Notes: generated from the sequence alone by a model not told the origin. Counted from the first letter of the stretch, positions 16,989 through 26,913 are shown. The stretch: DNA of 64,000 nucleotides from Gemmatimonadota bacterium (GCA_039930765.1 JBDTTF010000181.1:29307-93306), one strand, 5' to 3'. Numbers and translations: made by a program.

Positions 16989-18785
16989 CTATCGCAGGCC
17001 TTTGCGCCGCCGGGCAAACCACTCACCGGCCAACGCCAGAATACAGAGTAAGAAGAGCCAGACCAGGCGGCGGGCATTGCCCGACTCACGTGGGATCTGG
17101 TGCTGTCCATGTTGTGACTTGATGCTGGGCGACCGCGGCCACCACTCGTCACTGTACTGCTCCACCACGACCGAGCCTTCCCCCCCGCTGGCCAGCCGGT
17201 ATCGATACCGACCCGGTGCAAGGTACAGCCTCGAGCGACCGGCACCGTCGAATCGCAGGGTGTCCCGTACCGAAGCCTGACCCTCGAGGCTGATCGGGAT
17301 GGAACCGGTGGTGCCGGCCGCCGTCCGCTCGAAGATCACCGGACGCCCCCGCTCGACCACCGATCTGGCCGGCTTGGCCGCCGCGTGGCTCGAATCGCTG
17401 GCGCCCAGCAGCCAGGTTACTGTGGCGCCGATCAGCGACCGGTACGCGGCTTCGCTGCTACCGCCCCGGAAAGCCCAGCGCCAGAGGCCATCGACCGCCA
17501 CCGTCGCCTCTCGGCGCGTGCCACTGGTGTGCCCGGTCAATGCTGACCGCTCGGCACCGCGGCGGCCGAGCTGGGCGGTCAGCGCCGTCCAGTCGCCTTC
17601 GGTGACGGGAACGGTGGCCAGGCGGGTGGCGGGGGGAAAGCTGTCCAGCGGAAAGCCGTACAGTGCGCCGGCCAACAGCCCGGCGGTCGGGGCCGAGAGA
17701 TACCAGTCGCCATCGATCAGCGATTCCCCGGCTTCACCGCTGGACCACCGCAGGATGCCGCGGGCCCGGGTGCCCTCGGTCACGTCCTTCACATTCCCCT
17801 TGGCGACCAGCAGATCGGCTCGGCCCGCTGCCTGGCGCACCTCGGCTTCGTTCACCGGTTTGAGGGTGGCGATCTCACGCCACCTGCCAGCCTCGAGCCG
17901 CACGAATCCCTTGACCGGCAAATGGGCCACATCCTTCAGCGCGCGGTACAGCGCTCGGCTGTCGAAGTCCGGTGGTGAAGCCACCAGGACCACACCGGGC
18001 GTCCGGTCCATCGTCAGCAGCCGCAGCCGCGCATCGTCACGCGGTTCGGCGTCCCCGGCGCCCGCCAGCGCGATGGTCAGCAGATGCTCGCCCGGCGAGA
18101 GCGCCGCGGTCGGCAGCGGGATGGTGCCGTGCAGCGTCGCACCGGCCTGCAGCGCCAGCGCTTTTCGACTCAGGACCCGAGCTCCTTCTCGCACCTCGAT
18201 GCGGAGTGAGTCGCTGTGATATCCGGCGGTGGCCTGCGCCGCAAACTCGAATTGGGCAGTATCTCCGGCGGTGACCCGTGTGGGCCCGTTCACATCCTGA
18301 AGTGCGGCGTCCACAATCAATGCGCGCGGAACCCCGATGACATCCACCTGGCGCAACAGGTCGGGCGGGATCTCGCCGGCGTCGTCGATCTCGCCGTCGG
18401 TCACGACAGTAACAGGACGTCCGGTGGCCAGCGCGGAGATCAGGGCCGCGCCCAGCTCCGATCGGCCACGGAGCGCGGTGTCGGTCCCGGGCCGTTCATC
18501 ACCGAAGTTGAGGACCTGGCCCAGTCGCGCGGCGGAATCACGTACGGTCGCGAAATGGGCGCTATCGGCGGCAAAGCTCAGGCTCCGGTCCAGCAAGACC
18601 AGCGGCTGGGCCGTGGCACCCGGTCGGTCGGAACAGCTGAGATCGGCGAGCAGGACCAGGAGGGCAGTCCACGCCACCGCGCGGAGCAGCATTGGCAGCA
18701 GTGCGCGCCGACCCATCCGCTCGAACACCAGATAGGTGACCGCCGCCATGGCCGTGCCGAGCAACGCGAGCAGGATGAGACGCAT
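16989..18785 (-). CDS. Hypothetical membrane protein
   Basis: 598 aa with two N-terminal TM helices (LILLALLGTAMAAVTYLVF, AVAWTALLVLLADL) and one C-terminal TM helix (LVWLFLLCILALAGEWF). No family is confidently recognised. Confidence 0.5.
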   Translation of the reverse strand: MRLILLALLGTAMAAVTYLVFERMGRRALLPMLLRAVAWTALLVLLADLSCSDRPGATAQPLVLLDRSLSFAADSAHFATVRDSAARLGQVLNFGDERPGTDTALRGRSELGAALISALATGRPVTVVTDGEIDDAGEIPPDLLRQVDVIGVPRALIVDAALQDVNGPTRVTAGDTAQFEFAAQATAGYHSDSLRIEVREGARVLSRKALALQAGATLHGTIPLPTAALSPGEHLLTIALAGAGDAEPRDDARLRLLTMDRTPGVVLVASPPDFDSRALYRALKDVAHLPVKGFVRLEAGRWREIATLKPVNEAEVRQAAGRADLLVAKGNVKDVTEGTRARGILRWSSGEAGESLIDGDWYLSAPTAGLLAGALYGFPLDSFPPATRLATVPVTEGDWTALTAQLGRRGAERSALTGHTSGTRREATVAVDGLWRWAFRGGSSEAAYRSLIGATVTWLLGASDSSHAAAKPARSVVERGRPVIFERTAAGTTGSIPISLEGQASVRDTLRFDGAGRSRLYLAPGRYRYRLASGGEGSVVVEQYSDEWWPRSPSIKSQHGQHQIPRESGNARRLVWLFLLCILALAGEWFARRRKGLR

Positions 18786-18798
18786 GAGTGCGGATGGC

Positions 18799-19515
18799 TC
18801 AGACCGAGACCGCGACCGCCTCCCGCACGGTCAGCCGGCCTTCGTAGATGGCGCGGCCGACAATGGCGCCGGCCAGTCCCGCGTCTCGCACCCGAATCAG
18901 GTCATCCAGTGAAGCCACCCCTCCTGAGGCGATGACCTGCGCTCCCAGCTGCTGCAATTGGGCCGCTCCTTCGAGATCGGGGCCGGTCAGCATTCCGTCC
19001 CGGCTCACATCGGTATAGATGATGGTGCGAATGCCGTCCGCCAGCACCCTCCGGGCCACGGTCTCGACCTTCTGGTCCGAGGTCTCGACCCAGCCCCGGA
19101 TGGCCAGCATGCCGTTCCTGGCGTCGAGCCCCGCGGCCAGCCGCTCCCCGCCGACCAGGGCAACTGCCTGCGGTACGAACGACGGATCGGTGACCAGTGC
19201 GGTGCCCAGTACAAAGCGGGCAACTTCGAGCTGCCGGACCGACTCCAGGGCCTCAAGGGTCCGGATGCCTCCGGACAGTTCGAGCTTGACCTCGTGACCC
19301 ACCGCCTCGGTCAGCTGCCGGATGACAGCGCGGTTCTCGCCGTCGCCGAAGGCGCGGTCCAGGTCCACCACGTGGATCCAGCGGGCCCCTTCCGACATGA
19401 ACTGCCGCGCCAGCAGGACGGGATCAGCATGGTAGACGGTTTCACGGCCGGGTTCGCCCTGGCTCAGGCGGACAGCGCGACCGTTCCGGATATCGATGGC
19501 GGGAAGAATGTCCAC
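18799..19515 (-). CDS. hisA: Phosphoribosylformimino-5-aminoimidazole carboxamide ribotide isomerase (HisA/PriA type)
   Basis: 238 aa with a GTG start. It has ILPAIDIRNGRAVRL at the N-terminus and ASGGVASLDD near the C-terminus. Confidence 0.85.
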   Translation of the reverse strand: MDILPAIDIRNGRAVRLSQGEPGRETVYHADPVLLARQFMSEGARWIHVVDLDRAFGDGENRAVIRQLTEAVGHEVKLELSGGIRTLEALESVRQLEVARFVLGTALVTDPSFVPQAVALVGGERLAAGLDARNGMLAIRGWVETSDQKVETVARRVLADGIRTIIYTDVSRDGMLTGPDLEGAAQLQQLGAQVIASGGVASLDDLIRVRDAGLAGAIVGRAIYEGRLTVREAVAVSV

Positions 19516-19524
19516 GGCGGCAAG

Positions 19525-19544
19525 ATCACCCCGAACGGGGTGAT
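19525..19544 (-). other. Intercistronic stem-loop between the M23 peptidase gene and hisA
   Basis: ATCACCCC-GAAC-GGGGTGAT forms an 8-bp perfect stem. No U-tract follows on the minus strand, so terminator function is uncertain. Confidence 0.35.
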
Positions 19545-19548
19545 TCGA

Positions 19549-20799
19549 CTAGCGGGTCGCGCGCGAAGGCAGCGGTCTGGGCGCGGACAGAATCGTCTCG
19601 AGACGATCGCGCTCGAGCAGGAAAGCCGGCTTGCTGGCGGCATTGATCGGGTCGCCGGCACCGGCCTCGATGCTGCGATTGTCGCGCGCCACGCCGTTGA
19701 CCCGGAATTCGTAGTGCAGATGTGGCCCGGTCGCGAGGCCGGTGGAACCAACGAAGCCGATGATCTGGCCCTGGGTCACGATCGATCCGCTCCGGATGCC
19801 CGCCGCAAAGCCGCGGAGATGACCGTAGCGGGTCTCGATTCCGTTGCGGTGCCTGATCTCGATCAGGTTGCCGTATCCATTGCTCCAGCCGGCCCGCTCC
19901 ACCCGCCCATCGCCGGCGGCCATGACCGGAGTGCCCGGCGCCGCCGCGTAGTCGGTGCCTTCATGCTTGCGGGCGTACCCCAGGACTGGATGGAATCGTG
20001 AGGTGGTGAAGTTGGAACTGATCCGGCGGAACTGGAGCGGAGCACGGAGAAAGGCGCGGTGCAGCGAATTGCCGCTGCCATCGAACCAGCTATTCCGGCC
20101 GCCATTGTCCGGATCGAACCGAAAGGCGCTGAGGGCCCGGCCACCGACGATCAGGTGCGCCGCCAGGATCCGCCCGAAGCGGACATCCCCCTCCTCCGAC
20201 ACCAGCCGCTCAAAGGCGACGACGAACCGGTCGCCCGGCCGGATGTCCCGGCTGAAATCGACCTGCCAGGCAAAGACGTCGGCCAGGTCCCAGCCCATCC
20301 GGGCCCGCTCGCCATCGTCCAGCAGTTCATCGGGCACGCCGTTGTCGAGTGCCTCGACCAGCGAGTTGTCGATCCCGCCTTCGACCCGGGTAATCTCGGC
20401 GTTCCAATGGATAGCCTGTTTCTGCGCGGCCCAGCCGGCGCTGTCCCGGGTCAGTTCCAGCCGTTCCTCGGGACCGAGCCGCACCAGCACCTTGGAGGGT
20501 GCGGAATCGGCCAGCTTCCGGCGAAAATTGAAGATCATCCCCGCCTTGAGCCGGCGGGGGTCGAGACCGAGTCGTGAGGTCAGAGTGGAGAATTCAGGAG
20601 TGGCGACACCCTGCCGGGCCAGCAAGTCGGACAGCGTCTCGCCGCGCCGGAGGGTGTCGGCACTCTCGAGAAACTGCTGGACCACGACGGCGGGCGGCTG
20701 AACATCCAGCCGTTTCCAGGGCCAGCGCCCATCGAGCGTGAACCAGACTGCCGCGACGACCACGCCGAGGGGGAGCAACCGCTGGAGACGGAACTGCAT
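19549..20799 (-). CDS. M23 family metallopeptidase (cell-wall endopeptidase-like)
   Basis: 416 aa with an N-terminal TM helix and C-terminal M23 motifs HEGTDYAAAPGTPV and GPHLHYEF. It lies immediately downstream of ftsZ with a 1-nt overlap. Confidence 0.85.
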   Translation of the reverse strand: MQFRLQRLLPLGVVVAAVWFTLDGRWPWKRLDVQPPAVVVQQFLESADTLRRGETLSDLLARQGVATPEFSTLTSRLGLDPRRLKAGMIFNFRRKLADSAPSKVLVRLGPEERLELTRDSAGWAAQKQAIHWNAEITRVEGGIDNSLVEALDNGVPDELLDDGERARMGWDLADVFAWQVDFSRDIRPGDRFVVAFERLVSEEGDVRFGRILAAHLIVGGRALSAFRFDPDNGGRNSWFDGSGNSLHRAFLRAPLQFRRISSNFTTSRFHPVLGYARKHEGTDYAAAPGTPVMAAGDGRVERAGWSNGYGNLIEIRHRNGIETRYGHLRGFAAGIRSGSIVTQGQIIGFVGSTGLATGPHLHYEFRVNGVARDNRSIEAGAGDPINAASKPAFLLERDRLETILSAPRPLPSRATR

Positions 20800-21974
20800 C
20801 AGTCCATCTGCCGCCGGATGAAGGTCGGAATTTCCATATCGGCGACATCCGAGGCGTTGCTACCGGGGCGGCGGGGCTCTGGTCGCGGCGCCGGGGGCTG
20901 CAGCGGCGCGGACGGCGCCTGCTGGGTCTGCGGTGTTACCATCGGGCGGGCCTTGCCGCCGGTCGGGAAGTTGATCACTCCAGGCACCGCCGGGGTCATC
21001 TTCGGGGCCTCGGCCACCCGGTCAAAGCCGGTCGCGATGGCGGTGACCCGGACTTCACCCTCCATGGCCGGATCGATGGCAGCGCCGAAGATGATTTCGG
21101 CATCCTCGCCGGCGGCATCGTGGATGATCTCGCTGATCGTGGTGGTCTCACCCAGGGTCAGGTCGCCGCCGCCCACGATGTTGATCAGCACACCGCTGGC
21201 GCCGGCAATGGAAATGTTGTCCAGCAGCGGGCTCGAAATGGCCTGCTGGGCCGCTTCATGCGAGCGGTTTTCCCCGCGGGCCGACCCGATGCCCATCAGC
21301 GCCGCGCCGCCATTCTGCATCACGGTGCGGACGTCGGCAAAGTCGACGTTGATCAGGCCGGTGGCGGTGATCAGCCCCGCAATGCCCTGGGTGGCATGCA
21401 GCAGCACTTCGTCGGCCTTCTTGAGTGAATCCTGGAACGGAATGCCCTTCCCGACCACCGCCAGCAGCCGTTCGTTGGGCACCACGATGATGGTGTCCAC
21501 GCAGCGCCGCATTTCGGCGATCCCCATTTCGGCCTGCTTCATCCGCTTGCGACCTTCGAACAGGAACGGCTTGGTCACGATCCCGACCGTCAGCGCGCCG
21601 CAGTCGCGCGCCATCTGGGCGATGATCGGTGCCGCCCCGGTTCCGGTGCCGCCGCCCATGCCGCAGGTGACGAACACCAGGTCCGCGCCCTGGAGGTGCT
21701 TGAGCACCTCCTCGCGGTTTTCCTCGATGGCCTGGCGCCCGATCTCGGGCCGGGCACCGGCGCCGAGTCCGCGGGTCAGCTTGCGACCGATCTGGACCTT
21801 GATGTCGGCCTTGGAAGTAGTCAGCGCCTGGGCGTCGGTGTTCACCGAGATGAACTCGACCCCCTGCAGCCGCTCGTCGACCATTCGATTGACGGCATTG
21901 CCACCGCCGCCGCCGACGCCCACCACCTTCATGCGGGCGTCCTGTGCTCCGGTCTCTTCCAGCTCGAAGATCAT
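20799..21974 (-). CDS. ftsZ: Cell division protein FtsZ
   Basis: Trimmed to ATG 21974 (MIFELEE...). It has [13 protein letters not shown] and the tubulin signature [20 protein letters not shown] lies upstream. Confidence 0.95.
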   Translation of the reverse strand: MIFELEETGAQDARMKVVGVGGGGGNAVNRMVDERLQGVEFISVNTDAQALTTSKADIKVQIGRKLTRGLGAGARPEIGRQAIEENREEVLKHLQGADLVFVTCGMGGGTGTGAAPIIAQMARDCGALTVGIVTKPFLFEGRKRMKQAEMGIAEMRRCVDTIIVVPNERLLAVVGKGIPFQDSLKKADEVLLHATQGIAGLITATGLINVDFADVRTVMQNGGAALMGIGSARGENRSHEAAQQAISSPLLDNISIAGASGVLINIVGGGDLTLGETTTISEIIHDAAGEDAEIIFGAAIDPAMEGEVRVTAIATGFDRVAEAPKMTPAVPGVINFPTGGKARPMVTPQTQQAPSAPLQPPAPRPEPRRPGSNASDVADMEIPTFIRRQMD

Positions 21975-21996
21975 GGGATTCTTTCTCCGGCGAGTC

Positions 21997-23250
21997 TCAG
22001 AAGAAGTCCTGCAGCCATCGCTTGACGGGACCCAGATATTTTTCCATCGACTGCGAGCGCCGGGCGCCGGCGCCGAATGCACTGCCCATGGCCACCTGCC
22101 GGGCGCCATACAGCGCCAGCCCCGCGATCACCGCATGCCGCGGCGATTCCACACTGTCCGCCAGTCCGGTCAGCCCCTGCCCCGGGATCCCGACCCGCAC
22201 CGGCATCGCGAAGATCTCGCGGCCAAGTTCCACGATTCCCGGAGTCATGGCCCCGCCGCCGGTCAGCACCACGCCGGCCGGCAGCCGGCCCTGGTATCCG
22301 GCCTGCGAAATGGCATCGCCGGCGTACTGCAGCGTCTCTTCCATCCGCTTGTGCATGATATGCGCGAGCACTCGGCGATGGGCGGTGCGGGTGCCCTGGC
22401 CCGGGGTGCCCGGCAATTCGATCACATCACTTTCGGGTACCAGCGGCTCGTAGGCTGAGCCGTACCGTTCCTTCAGCTTTTCCGCGTCCTGCTGGGTAAC
22501 CTGGAGGCCGTAGACCAGATCACCGGTCACGTGGCCGCCCGCCATCAGGATCGAACCGGTGTGCCTGATCTTGCCGCCGTGGAAGATAGCCACGTTGGTC
22601 GATCCCGCGCCCAGTTCGACGATGGCGCAGCCCAGTTCCCGTTCATCAGGGGTCAGCACGGCCAGCGAGGCGGCCAGCGGTTCCAGCACGAACTCCGCAG
22701 CGGTGTAGCCGGCCCGCTCCACGCATTTGCGCAAATTGAGCAGCGCACTCGACAGCACCGTGACCAGGTAGACCTCGGCCTCCAGCCGCGAACCGGTCAT
22801 CCCGATCGGCTCGCTGATGCCGGGCTGCTGGTCGATAATGTAGTCCTGCGGAATGGCGTGCAGCAGCTCATGATCACGGCCGAACGAAACATTGCTGGCC
22901 ATGTCATTCACCCGGGCCACATCTCCGGTACGGATTTCCTCACCGGTGACCGAGACCATCCCGTGCGAGCTCCGACCAGAGACGTGCTCCCCCGCAATTC
23001 CGCAGTACACTGCTCCGACTTCCACCCCCGCCATCCTCTCAGCGGTCTTGAGCGCCCGCTGAATGGCACCGGTGGCTTCTTCTATGTCTCTGACCACTCC
23101 ACGGCGGATGCCGGCGGTGCGTTCGACGCCCAGCCCCAGAACTCTGGCTCCGCCGCTCCGGGCGTCGCCGGTGGCCTCGGCCACAATGGCCGAAATCCTG
23201 GAGGAGCCGAGGTCGAGGGCGGCGACCAGGCGCTGCGGCTGGGCGCTCAT
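21997..23250 (-). CDS. ftsA: Cell division protein FtsA
   Basis: 417 aa with an actin-like fold ([26 protein letters not shown]). Its position between ftsQ and ftsZ supports the call. Confidence 0.9.
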   Translation of the reverse strand: MSAQPQRLVAALDLGSSRISAIVAEATGDARSGGARVLGLGVERTAGIRRGVVRDIEEATGAIQRALKTAERMAGVEVGAVYCGIAGEHVSGRSSHGMVSVTGEEIRTGDVARVNDMASNVSFGRDHELLHAIPQDYIIDQQPGISEPIGMTGSRLEAEVYLVTVLSSALLNLRKCVERAGYTAAEFVLEPLAASLAVLTPDERELGCAIVELGAGSTNVAIFHGGKIRHTGSILMAGGHVTGDLVYGLQVTQQDAEKLKERYGSAYEPLVPESDVIELPGTPGQGTRTAHRRVLAHIMHKRMEETLQYAGDAISQAGYQGRLPAGVVLTGGGAMTPGIVELGREIFAMPVRVGIPGQGLTGLADSVESPRHAVIAGLALYGARQVAMGSAFGAGARRSQSMEKYLGPVKRWLQDFF

Positions 23251-23939
23251 ACCGTCCCCCGGCGCACGATCACCATGCCGGCGAACCGGCCATCGAGTTC
23301 GCGCCAGGGACGTTTGGTCCGGGCGCAGTCCTGGGCAACCAGCATCACGGTCCTGATGACCTCCAACGAAGCCTCGGGGCGAAAGAGCAGCAGCTGTCCA
23401 CCCAGATCGAGTTCCACCGCATTGGCGCCGCCCCGCGCCGCCTGAATCCGGGCGAACAGCGTCGGGTCGGCATCCCTGATCCGGCCCAGCAGTCCGGCCA
23501 CCGGCGCCGAGGCGGCATCGGCCAGCGGCAGATCGGGAGCACCCAGCGCGGCATCGAACGGGAGCACTCGGCCGGCCGAGTCCATCATGGCCAGGCGGCC
23601 ATTGCGGGGTAGCAGCGCAACCGGTGCCACCTCATCGATCACAATCCGCAGGGTGCCGGGAAACCGGCGGCCGATCTCGACCCGCTCAGTGCCAGGAATC
23701 CCGACGGCGCGCTTGCGCAGGGCACTCAAGTCATCGAAGACGCTGAGTCGAGCCGGAATCTTGAGCTGGTCGGTAATCACATCTGCTGCAAGGTAGCGGA
23801 CTCCGACCAGCTCCACCCGTCTGACTCGAAAGAAATCGAGGCGCCTGAGCAGTCGAGGAGCGCCGAACCAGACAAGCAGCGCCAGGGCTGACCCGCCGAG
23901 GACCAGCCAGCCCGGCCGGTTCAGGCGGTCGGCGAACAC
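23247..23939 (-). CDS. ftsQ: Cell division protein FtsQ (POTRA)
   Basis: 230 aa with an N-terminal TM helix followed by a POTRA-like FRVRRVELVGVRYL. The dcw context supports it. Confidence 0.75.
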   Translation of the reverse strand: MFADRLNRPGWLVLGGSALALLVWFGAPRLLRRLDFFRVRRVELVGVRYLAADVITDQLKIPARLSVFDDLSALRKRAVGIPGTERVEIGRRFPGTLRIVIDEVAPVALLPRNGRLAMMDSAGRVLPFDAALGAPDLPLADAASAPVAGLLGRIRDADPTLFARIQAARGGANAVELDLGGQLLLFRPEASLEVIRTVMLVAQDCARTKRPWRELDGRFAGMVIVRRGTV

Positions 23940-25291
23940 TGGGTCAGCTCACGTCCCACCTTGGTGATATCGCCGGCACCCATCGTGATCAGGACATCGC
24001 CAGGTCGAATCAGCTCCTGAACCCGTCCGGTGAGCTGGCCGCGGGACGGTTCATAGACCGTTTCGGCACCGGCTCGGCTGGCCGCCGCTGCCACCAGGGC
24101 GCCGGTGATACCGGGTACAGCTTTTTCCCGGGCACCGTAGACATCGGAGACGACGACCAGATCGGCGGCGGCCAGCGCCAGACCCATGGCGCCGCCGTGC
24201 TCCGCGGTCCGACTGTAGAGATGCGGCTGGAACACCGCGACCAGCCGTCGACCCGGAAAGGCCTGACGGGCCGCCGCCAGGGTGGCCACCAGTTCGGTCG
24301 GGTGATGAGCGTAGTCGTCGATGATCTCGACGCCGTTGACCTCACCCAGTCGTTCGAACCGGCGGCCCAGCCCCTGATACTCGGCCAGCGCCTGCAGCGC
24401 GGGCGCCAGGGGAGCGTCCAGCGCGGCCACGACGCCGAGGGCGGCGGTGGCGTTCCGGAGATTGTGGATTCCGGGGACCCGCAGCCGGAGCCTGACCTGT
24501 CGACCATCCGCCAGCCGGACATCGGCCTGGCTGCCGGCGGCGCTCTGTGAAATATTTGTGATGTGGATGTCTGATTCAACGAGACCGAAGCGCCAGGCCT
24601 TTTTTCCCAGCCTGGCCGCCAGCCGCTGGGCTCCGGCGTCATCCGCCCCGACCAGCACCCGCTCGGCCCGATCGGCAAAGATGGCAAAGGCGTCTTCCAG
24701 CGCCTCCAGCGACCCGTAACACTCCAGGTGATCGGCCTCAACGTTGTTGACCACCGCGATCGAGGGGGTCAGGGCCAGGAACGCCTTGTCGTACTCGTCG
24801 CTCTCGACCACAAAGATCCGGTCCGCGCCAGGACGCGCATTGCCGCCCCAGCCGTTGACCCGTCCACCGGCCAATCCGGTCGGGTCAAGACCAGCCGCGG
24901 CCAGCGCTTCGGTGGTCATTACGGTGGTGGTCGATTTGCCATGGGTGCCCGCGATTCCAACCGTCCGGCCGACCGACACCAGCTCGGCCAGCGCCTCTTT
25001 GCGAGGAATGACCGGAATGCCCAGCTCGCGGGCACGGAGCACTTCGGGCTGATCGGGGGGAATGGCGGCCGTGGCGACGACCGCCCGGACTCCCGCCAGG
25101 TGCTTCGGATCGTGCCCCTGCCACACCTGCACGCCCATGGCGACCAGATCGGCCGCGCCTGAGGGGTCAGGGTCGCAGCCGCTGACGGCAACCCCGCGCC
25201 GTCGGGCGATGAGCGCCAGAGCGCTCATCCCGGCACCGGCGATTCCCATGAAGTGGATCGGGCGGGAGTCAGAGGCGTCAAACAAGGTCAT
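23921..25291 (-). CDS. murC: UDP-N-acetylmuramate--L-alanine ligase
   Basis: 456 aa with MGIAGAGMSALA and the Mur ligase P-loop GTHGKSTTT. Confidence 0.9.
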   Translation of the reverse strand: MTLFDASDSRPIHFMGIAGAGMSALALIARRRGVAVSGCDPDPSGAADLVAMGVQVWQGHDPKHLAGVRAVVATAAIPPDQPEVLRARELGIPVIPRKEALAELVSVGRTVGIAGTHGKSTTTVMTTEALAAAGLDPTGLAGGRVNGWGGNARPGADRIFVVESDEYDKAFLALTPSIAVVNNVEADHLECYGSLEALEDAFAIFADRAERVLVGADDAGAQRLAARLGKKAWRFGLVESDIHITNISQSAAGSQADVRLADGRQVRLRLRVPGIHNLRNATAALGVVAALDAPLAPALQALAEYQGLGRRFERLGEVNGVEIIDDYAHHPTELVATLAAARQAFPGRRLVAVFQPHLYSRTAEHGGAMGLALAAADLVVVSDVYGAREKAVPGITGALVAAAASRAGAETVYEPSRGQLTGRVQELIRPGDVLITMGAGDITKVGRELTQCSPTA

Positions 25292-25303
25292 GTGTGGTGA
25301 GCT

Positions 25304-25331
25304 AATTTAAGTATTCACCGTGAGTTGCGAA
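25304..25331 (-). promoter_or_regulatory. Weak sigma70-like promoter candidate upstream of murC
   Basis: The minus strand reads TTCGCA (25331-25326), a 16-nt spacer, then TAAATT (25309-25304), about 12 nt before the murC ATG. This is the only AT-rich patch in the region. Confidence 0.3.
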
Positions 25332-25337
25332 AGAGTC

Positions 25338-25365
25338 GAGAGACGAGAGACAAGAGACAAGAGAC
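25338..25365. repeat. Tandem heptanucleotide array, 4 units (GAGAGAC GAGAGAC AAGAGAC AAGAGAC)
   Basis: Read directly in the noncoding region upstream of murC. Confidence 0.85.
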
Positions 25366-25711
25366 GAGCGTCAGGTGGGCATTGGCCGGCGGGCGGGATC
25401 GGCATCCCCGCCTAGCGGCCGGGATGCCCGGTGGGGCGGCCGACCTCGGCCGCCAGATACGATTTTGGGAGGACAGTGCCGCGTGCTTGCCTTGGCTGAC
25501 CTCCGGCACTGCGGCCGCGCCGCGGCAATCGCCGAGCCGTGGCCCTCAACCACGGGTCACAACGGGTGGGGCGGCCGTCCTCGGTTGCCTTTGCCATTTC
25601 CGTTCGACGGGCTCCCCCGTCTCAGGTCAACAAGCGCCACGCAAGATCTGACCGCCGGCCGGCTAAACCCAAGGTCGCAGCTGAAATTCGGGTTCGGTCA
25701 GGCCATCCGGT

Positions 25712-26695
25712 TCATTCTGACATCAGGTAATCAAGGCCCGATTCGAGCAAGAGTTCCCCGACGCGTTCAGCCATAGAATTCCCACACTTCGCGGCGCGAT
25801 CGAGCCATTGCATCGCTTCGTGCTTTTGGCCTCGCTCCAACAGGAATTCCCCAAGCGAGAAAGCACATTCAGGATCGTCGGGGTCCACCGCTACTGCTCG
25901 CCGAAAATGAAACTCCGCTTGGGCCAAGTCATCGAGGTCTGAGTAGCAATCGCCCAACCACCGGTGGGTCAAGCCGATATCAGGAGCCAACTCAGAAGCA
26001 ATTTCCAACTCGCTCGCTGCAGCCTTGTAGTTGCCCTGCGCGCGAAGCAGATTGGCCAGGTAAATCCTGGGCCATGGCAGAGATGGGTCTAGTTCGATCG
26101 ACCGACGAATCAAGACCTCAGCCTCCCCATCCGTCCCGCGACGACCCAGGTGAAATCCAAGCTCGGCAAGTGCCACGGAGTAATCGGGATCTATTTCAAT
26201 CGCGTTTCGAAGCAGGCGCTCGGCTTCCTGGGGTTTCGATGCCTTGAGAAGCAATGCAAGGTTGAACATCGCCTCTTCATCTCTGGGGTCGAGACGTAGA
26301 GCCTGGCGAAAACTGGCCTCCGCTTCCGTGCGCATCCCAAGCGACTCTTGCACGTTTCCGAGCAAGACAAACCTGTAGGCCGCTGGACCGAGCTCGACAC
26401 TGGTCCGATATGCCGCCTCCGCTTCCCGAACCTTGCCGATGGCAGCCATTGCCTCACCGCACCCGGTGTACGCGAGCGCCTGGTTTGGATCGAGACTAAT
26501 CGCCCGCGCAAACGCGTCACAGGCGGCCGCGTACTGCTCTCGCTCGTTGTACTGCTTCCCGAGCCACGCCCAGAAGAAGGGCTGCGCGGGGTCGAGCGCC
26601 AGGCCCTGTTGAAGCGCTGAAATGACCTCGGGAACGTCGTCCATCTTCGCGGCGTCCATCGCGAGTGCGAAGAAGCGCCTCGCGTCATCCTTCAT
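25712..26695 (-). CDS. TPR repeat protein, compositionally atypical insert in the dcw cluster
   Basis: 327 aa with about 8 TPR units (repeated A..Y/F...LDP motifs). Its codon usage is visibly less GC3-biased than its neighbours (frequent GAT, GAA, TTT, ATT, TTG). Confidence 0.8.
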   Translation of the reverse strand: MKDDARRFFALAMDAAKMDDVPEVISALQQGLALDPAQPFFWAWLGKQYNEREQYAAACDAFARAISLDPNQALAYTGCGEAMAAIGKVREAEAAYRTSVELGPAAYRFVLLGNVQESLGMRTEAEASFRQALRLDPRDEEAMFNLALLLKASKPQEAERLLRNAIEIDPDYSVALAELGFHLGRRGTDGEAEVLIRRSIELDPSLPWPRIYLANLLRAQGNYKAAASELEIASELAPDIGLTHRWLGDCYSDLDDLAQAEFHFRRAVAVDPDDPECAFSLGEFLLERGQKHEAMQWLDRAAKCGNSMAERVGELLLESGLDYLMSE

Positions 26696-26913
26696 GGCCC
26701 ACCCCCGATGACAGCGACAGCGAGTGATTGACGATGTCCAGGACGGGTCCTTCGTGCCTGCCCGCCTTGCTCCGTGCCTGCATCGACTCGGCGCGCCGTA
26801 GTTCGCGATCGATTTGGGAGTCAGGGCGCTTCAGCTCCCAGCGCCGAGCCTCGGCTTTAGCCGAGGATGCGAGGCGCCCGTCTCACTGCGTGTCCACCCA
26901 CCGCGCTCGCAGC

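Noticed and set aside
16973-17245. Long N-terminal extensions in track ORFs (ftsY here; also ftsZ to 22109, cheA to 57329, cheB to 43880, cheW to 58334, lspA, dksA, mglA, ftsL, cdd and others)
   Set aside because: The extensions overlap the upstream gene, are Arg/Trp/Ser-rich, and precede an internal ATG/GTG where the conserved family N-terminus begins. Often that internal start forms an ATGA/GTGA overlap with the upstream stop.
20818-22458. 546-aa plus-strand ORF
   Set aside because: It is antisense to ftsZ and ftsA, which are unambiguous. Its composition is Ser/Pro/Ala/Arg-rich and low in complexity.
25315-25776. Small ORFs (60-133 aa, both strands) in the murC upstream noncoding region
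   Set aside because: They overlap each other in several frames, are Arg/Pro/Gly-rich, and have no SD or motifs. The region is better treated as noncoding.
25712-26695. Calling the TPR insert a mobile element
   Set aside because: There is no transposase, integrase or recombinase, no inverted terminal repeats and no target-site duplication. Only compositional and positional oddity is present, so it is reported as a finding rather than as a mobile_element feature.
26783-26881. 32-codon minus-strand ORF (MQARSKAGRHEGPVLDIVNHSLSLSSGVGHEG) ending inside the TPR gene start, considered as a leader peptide or antitoxin-like gene
   Set aside because: It has no SD, no recognisable family and an unremarkable composition. 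It cannot be supported from sequence alone.
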